Assembly: GCA_043822785.1 (NCBI GenBank) | Contig: JBDRBN010000144.1 | Coordinates: 1-15,627, forward strand | DNA from: Pseudomonadota bacterium | GTDB taxonomy: Bacteria > UBA10199 > 2-02-FULL-44-16 > JAAZCA01 | Reading direction: 5' to 3' | Length of the DNA stretch: 15,627 nucleotides | Part shown: positions 14,516 to 15,627 of the stretch, in pieces | Numbering within the stretch: the stretch's first letter is position 1 | How the letters are laid out: each line of letters opens with the position of its first letter | Program-made: the position numbers and the translations under genes | Notes under the pieces: generated by a model | The model's input: only the letters and a program-made list of their open reading frames with translations | Told to the model about the DNA's origin: nothing | Databases searched by the model: none

Positions 14516-15376
14516 ATGATGGGACCGACACAAATAAACGCAATCATTCCAACGGTTTCGCTTGCGCAGATCGCTGCATTTCAGGCAGGTTTTCTTGCCA
14601 ATCCAACACCTTGTGCCTTTGCTGGCGATTCATTTGTAACACCCAATAACGCATTTAGAGACATGACCAGTGGTCTGCATGTTACTGGTACAGTAAGGCT
14701 GTTGGCTGATCGAAAAAAACCCGCAAAAACAGAATGTTTGCAAGGCCCTTATAGCTTACCTTGGCTAAAATTTATGTCAGCAGCAGCGCTTTTAACTTGT
14801 GTGGGTTGTGCCTCAACAGGTTTTGAGCTGTCAAAAATTGGATATACTACATATCCAAAAACAAATATCTCCACTCCTGTAGGAGTTGTTTTCAAAGCTG
14901 GAAAACCTTTGCCTCACTATGAAGACGGCAATATTTTCAGTGGCATATCAGCAGCAGACACAAAAGTTGGTAGATTTACGATTAAGGCTGGCTCAGAAAT
15001 CTATCTTAACGAGAGAGGCAACATTGTCGGCGCTAAACCAAGCCAAGATATAAAAATACCCATCTCTCCAATTTTAGAAAAAATACATGGGTCGATTTTT
15101 AGGGGCTTTATTCTTAGCTATAATCTCGATGTTTTGAGAGAAGGCTTTCGGGGAAAAATAACAGTCAAAGAACTTATTGAAATACTTGAAAATCAAGGGG
15201 GAATGATAACTATTCCTGCGCATGGCATAAGGGTGTTTTTCGATGAAGATGGTGAAATAGATAAAGCAGAGTTTCTCATTGAAGAGTTGCTTATAAATGA
15301 CCAATTGAAGATTTTAGTAAAGGCTACAACGATAGACCTTGCTGACAAGCTAGCTCCATTTTTCCCCAAAAGCTAA
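14516..15376 (+). CDS. Hypothetical orphan protein with short beta-repeat motifs
   Basis: 286-codon ORF with repeated units HYEDGNI, YLNERGNI and FFDEDGEI, and an internal hydrophobic segment AAALLTCVGC. Confidence 0.7.
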   Translation: MMGPTQINAIIPTVSLAQIAAFQAGFLANPTPCAFAGDSFVTPNNAFRDMTSGLHVTGTVRLLADRKKPAKTECLQGPYSLPWLKFMSAAALLTCVGCASTGFELSKIGYTTYPKTNISTPVGVVFKAGKPLPHYEDGNIFSGISAADTKVGRFTIKAGSEIYLNERGNIVGAKPSQDIKIPISPILEKIHGSIFRGFILSYNLDVLREGFRGKITVKELIEILENQGGMITIPAHGIRVFFDEDGEIDKAEFLIEELLINDQLKILVKATTIDLADKLAPFFPKS

Positions 15377-15396
15377 TAGACAGACCAGTCAAACCC

Positions 15397-15428
15397 AAGT
15401 AAGACGGAGTAAAATCAGACGGAGTAAG
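15397..15428. repeat. 32-bp direct repeat, copy 2
   Basis: Identical to 4183-4214. Confidence 0.9.
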
Positions 15429-15470
15429 CCAAAACCCCGCACTGCACAGGTGGGAGCAACAGGATATCTT

Positions 15471-15627
15471 ATGAATTCAATCGTGTCGTTAAGACCTATT
15501 CTTTGCCCCCTGCCGTTATGTGCAACCACTCCCACGTCCGGCGATATTTTTGGCGCATGGCCTGCTGCTAGAGATCTCACTCTAATCGAGAGGGGTATGG
15601 CCCATATGGGTTGGGCTGACCCCAAAA
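15471..15627 (+). CDS. Possible hypothetical protein, 5' part only (runs off the window end)
   Basis: AGGA SD (15461-15464) before ATG 15471. The frame MNSIVSLRPILCPLPLCATTPTSGDIFG... stays open for 52 codons to the window end; an antisense ORF competes with it. Confidence 0.45.
   Translation, partial: MNSIVSLRPILCPLPLCATTPTSGDIFGAWPAARDLTLIERGMAHMGWADPK

Noticed and set aside
15389..15625. 78-aa minus-strand ORF
   Set aside because: It reads through the 32-bp repeat and is antisense to a plus-strand frame with ATG and SD. It is disfavoured but cannot be excluded as the end of a gene starting outside the window.
15608..15627. TGACCCCAAAA at the window end, whose reverse complement resembles the IS target and terminus
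   Set aside because: The match is short and low-complexity and lacks the TTAGTTGAAATT IR block; likely chance.

Overview
Bacterial accessory-type region, mostly AT-rich. The TIGR02147 gene and its lipoproteins suggest a deltaproteobacteria-like lineage, but that is inference only. From left to right: a partial lipoprotein gene, an MTH1187-family gene, a short queG carrying an in-frame REP-like repeat, an AbiEi/AbiEii type IV toxin-antitoxin pair, a DUF985 cupin, a GNAT acetyltransferase, an orphan ORF and a MazE/MazF(PemK)-type pair. Next is a type II restriction-modification locus: a beta-class amino-methyltransferase plus an MvaI/BcnI-family endonuclease split by a complete 1422-bp IS256-family element with an 8-bp target duplication. 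Then come MliC, an alpha/beta hydrolase, a PAP2 phosphatase, a TIGR02147-family gene with two related lipoprotein genes, and two more orphans. The strongest unexplained signal is a promoter architecture (palindrome GTATTCA-N3-TGAATAC, then TTATTTT, then AGAATAT, at identical spacing) found upstream of both the TIGR02147 gene and the second lipoprotein. It suggests TIGR02147 is an autoregulated transcription activator with a definable operator. Other signals are an exact 32-bp direct repeat 11.2 kb apart, a 12-bp-period operator array at the mazEF promoter, a hairpin over the IS ribosome-binding site, and a shared N-terminal motif in three orphan proteins. All family calls come from reading motifs by eye; no searches were run.
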